A stretch of DNA of 64,000 nt from Antedon mediterranea. Its lineage: Eukaryota > Animalia > Echinodermata. The stretch covers positions 3,844,001-3,908,000 of the forward strand of contig NC_092672.1 in NCBI RefSeq assembly GCF_964355755.1, written 5' to 3'. Of the stretch, positions 60,944 through 64,000 are shown piece by piece (the first letter of the stretch is position 1; each line of letters starts with the position of its first letter). The position numbers and the translations under genes are program-made. The notes under the pieces were generated by a model. That model did no database searches. It saw only the letters and a program-made list of their open reading frames with translations, and was not told the origin of the DNA.

Positions 60944-63571
60944 ATGGAGGATCAAAATCTGAGTCCGTCGTCGGCGGAGATCGAGCCTCATCTAGGCCTA
61001 GCCAGATGGTAGGACAATCAACGACAGCACACGGTGTAGGTAATCTACGGGGGAAAGCTTTTATACGATGAGGGGGAGGAGACGAGAGAAAGTAGGGATG
61101 ACGACAGTTATGATGAGTGAGAGAGTTGACACTTGAAACCTCAGAGCCTAAGCTAGGATCACTTTTTATTTCTTATATTAAATCCGTCAGTGTTAATTAT
61201 CTCGGTAAAATAAAGGCATCAACAAGATGATTCCCGCCCCGAACCGAAGTATTCTTGGGTACAACAACAAAAAGTGGGCGGGGGGGGGGGGGGGGTGGTA
61301 TGAAAGACCGAACGTAAGTAAATTAATTATTTCAAATAATAAGTCCGTTATATAACATATACATATATAATATGTAGACATCTCTTGATATATAATTTAA
61401 TGTCAACATGTTGTTATTTACAGTAAGAAGACGAAACAGGGAACCATGGATGAATTTGGCTTAGCAGTCTTTGGGTTGCCAGTGGCTGCATTTGGTGTCC
61501 GCGTTGTCAAAGACTACTTGGATAGTAGCAGTCGCTATCTTGAGAAACCAGAAGATCCGTCAACCAGTGGAACTGTCGTGGATTTAAAAAACAGCGGAAC
61601 ATCTGTTGATTTGACCGGTGATGGGAATGATGTTGATGCACATAGCTCTATAATTGTGTTTTCCGCCGCGACGACGCCGACTATAAATGGAACAATCCTC
61701 AACGGTACGGCGAGCGGAACAGCCGCCGGTTTATTGACGGTTGCCCGCGAACCAGTCCTCACCGCATTAACAACTTGTGGAAATACGTCAGTCGATGTCG
61801 GTAGTTTTACCGTCGATGAGCCGACCCGTGAGCCGACGACTGGTGGTGGAAGTAACGTCTCTATAACCGGTGGAACGGCCGCCAATGAGCTGATGGCTAA
61901 TACATTCAAACCCACACGTAGCGGAGCGAACGTCGATGAGCTGAGGGCCTGTGCAAGTGCAAGTACCGTCGTCGACACTCTGCAGGTAACGGCCAGCAGC
62001 AACACTACCATCGATGAGCTACACACAGCCATAGATGAATCTGTCATAGATTATACAGGCAAACTTGATAGTGGCAGCTTCGACGACGAAGACATTCCTG
62101 TTGACAGCATTTGCGACAACGTTCACGACTCGTCACAGATGACATCACATTATGAGAATATGACATCAAATGATGAACATGAAAATGAGTGCGCTAAGTT
62201 TCTGATTAAAAACATTGACACATCGTGTTCTTATGAAAGTGAGAATAAACTGTTGAACTATTTCAATAAAAGAATTGAACAAAATGATTCTGTCAGAATT
62301 TTAGATTTGGCGCCAAACGACAATACAGGCGTTTTGTCGTCTGAAAAACTAATCGGCGCGGAATCCGTTTCTTTGGTGGAAGAAAGGACAATAGCAAGCC
62401 CTCATGACGTTTTATACGAGTCGGAAAGTGACGTAGATTCAGCGAACGACGCGTCGGACAAACACCCAACATCGTCGGATATATTCTTTTCGATAATTAA
62501 TTGCACAAGTCACTATGCTGGAATGAAATCGGAAGCAGCAACACTCACCGATGGTTCATCATCAAGCATAGCTAGGCACGGGGATCCACGTGAAACAAGT
62601 GTATCTACACATGGTAACCCACGTGCAACCAATTACGAACCCGGGGAAAGCAATGACAAAGAAGTATGCCCAGAAAACAAAACCGATTTCATTAATAAAA
62701 CACCACAAGCTAGCGATTTAACACCGATAAATTCAATAGAAGCTTACACACAGACATCCGATAGCTTATATTGTTTGCATAATAATAATAACGAATGTCC
62801 TCGAAATAAGGTCATTTCAGGTAATTCATTAAAAACGCACAGGCTTGGCCAATGGCGACATAAGAGCTCACATGGTCAAGGCTGTACCCGGAACAACGGC
62901 AATGAGAATATCCAGTCAGCTTCTAAACTTCAAAATGGACAGTTATGTGTAAAACAAGCACAGCTCAAAGGAAATTCACTTATTATACACAGTTCCGGCG
63001 GTAAAAACAGACTAGTGAAACTTGCAGCCAAACCGGCCAAGTCAAATAATACTCGGTTGTCAGCGTGGAAACCAATACATGAAACTGTGTCACCGACTCT
63101 TGATTTTGATAGTTTTGAATCAAATCTACGACCAATAAAAACAATCGAAAGGCGACCACAGCTTGCTGAATATTGTAACGAAAACGGAACAGTAAGTATT
63201 GCTACTTCTTCAAACACATCTGAAACTGTAGGCCGAGTTCAAGTCTCCAGTGAAACGTTCCAACAAAGTCTCGAAGAAAACCAGCGTACTACTACTGAAT
63301 CCGACAGCTCAGATATTATGAAGGTAATAACAGATTCCTCAACACAAGTCGATCTACCAGAAACGCCAAAGTCGCCGACACGTCAATACACTGTCGAATG
63401 TCCAGTAATCGAGCCGACTTCACCAACAGGAAAACGATGCATGAGGAAGATGTCGTTGGAGATCTCGTTTGTGGATTCTCCTACTCCACTAACTCCAACG
63501 TCACCAGATGGAAAGGATAGCACGGACCGTAGACGTCAGAGCTGGCCGGAGTATAGATCGACTGAAGCAGA
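60944..63571 (+). CDS. 5' part of an unidentified protein with a long Ser/Thr/acidic low-complexity N-terminus; exons 60944-61008 and 61424-63571, continuing past the window
   Basis: ATG exon spliced in phase 2 (AGATG|gtagg ... cag|TAAG) into a 2.1-kb open exon ending GA|gtaagt; no recognisable domain. Confidence 0.7.
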
Positions 63572-64000
63572 GTAAGTCTAGTATGGTATGAGGTTTATAT
63601 ATATATAAATATAATTACCTACATGGTAGGCACGATTATATGCTCTAATTTAAAGAGAATTTAGAAAACCTTTTTTGGACACCCCCCTATTCAGGGACAC
63701 CCCTATTCAGGAACTCTCTCGTGAAACAAACAAAAGGAAATATGTATTTTTATTATTATTATTCAGGAGAGACACATCTCTATTTATTATGTGGACACTT
63801 ATTTGAGTCTCGAACATGTCTCGAGGGGTGTTACTGTATCAGAAACATGTTTCAAACAAACAAATTGAATAGTTCCCAACATACGTTTACTACCCAATTT
63901 AATAGTTTCATGGTCTTTTATTCATCACAACACAACATCCATCGGTTTTTGTAAGGTCAACCAAAAAATAATAAATTGATAGTAAGGACAAACGTTAAGG

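Noticed and set aside
61535-63217. Minus-strand ORFs of 170 and 95 aa
   Set aside because: Antisense shadows of the long plus-strand exon.

Overview
AT-rich eukaryotic genomic DNA with GT-AG introns, from an invertebrate animal (a deuterostome such as an echinoderm is plausible but cannot be proven from this window). Gene order: 3' end of an unidentified SRPBCC/START-like gene (+); ZNHIT3 (-, 5 exons); head-to-head with it, a 17-exon, ~816-aa gene (+, 5025-39772) encoding an unusual degenerate-NUDIX + four-EF-hand + PPP Ser/Thr phosphatase fusion; INTS2 (-); head-to-head PEX12 (+); and the first two exons of an unidentified Ser/Thr-rich protein (+) running off the window. The most striking structure is the 22.8-kb intron 4 of the phosphatase, which holds a 3-kb 67-bp satellite and an antisense nested tandem array of seven collagen+gC1q (C1qDC/CTRP-like) genes: five apparently intact, one chimeric, one pseudogene. 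These have conserved frameworks with hypervariable loops, variable collagen lengths, start-codon turnover and a shared promoter footprint. Introns carry many MITEs (Harbinger, Kolobok, Merlin, Tc/pogo types), tRNA- and 5S-derived SINEs, LINE ends, Helitron/Helentron fragments, two hammerhead-ribozyme-like motifs and several minisatellites. All exon models and family calls are manual; no database searches were run.
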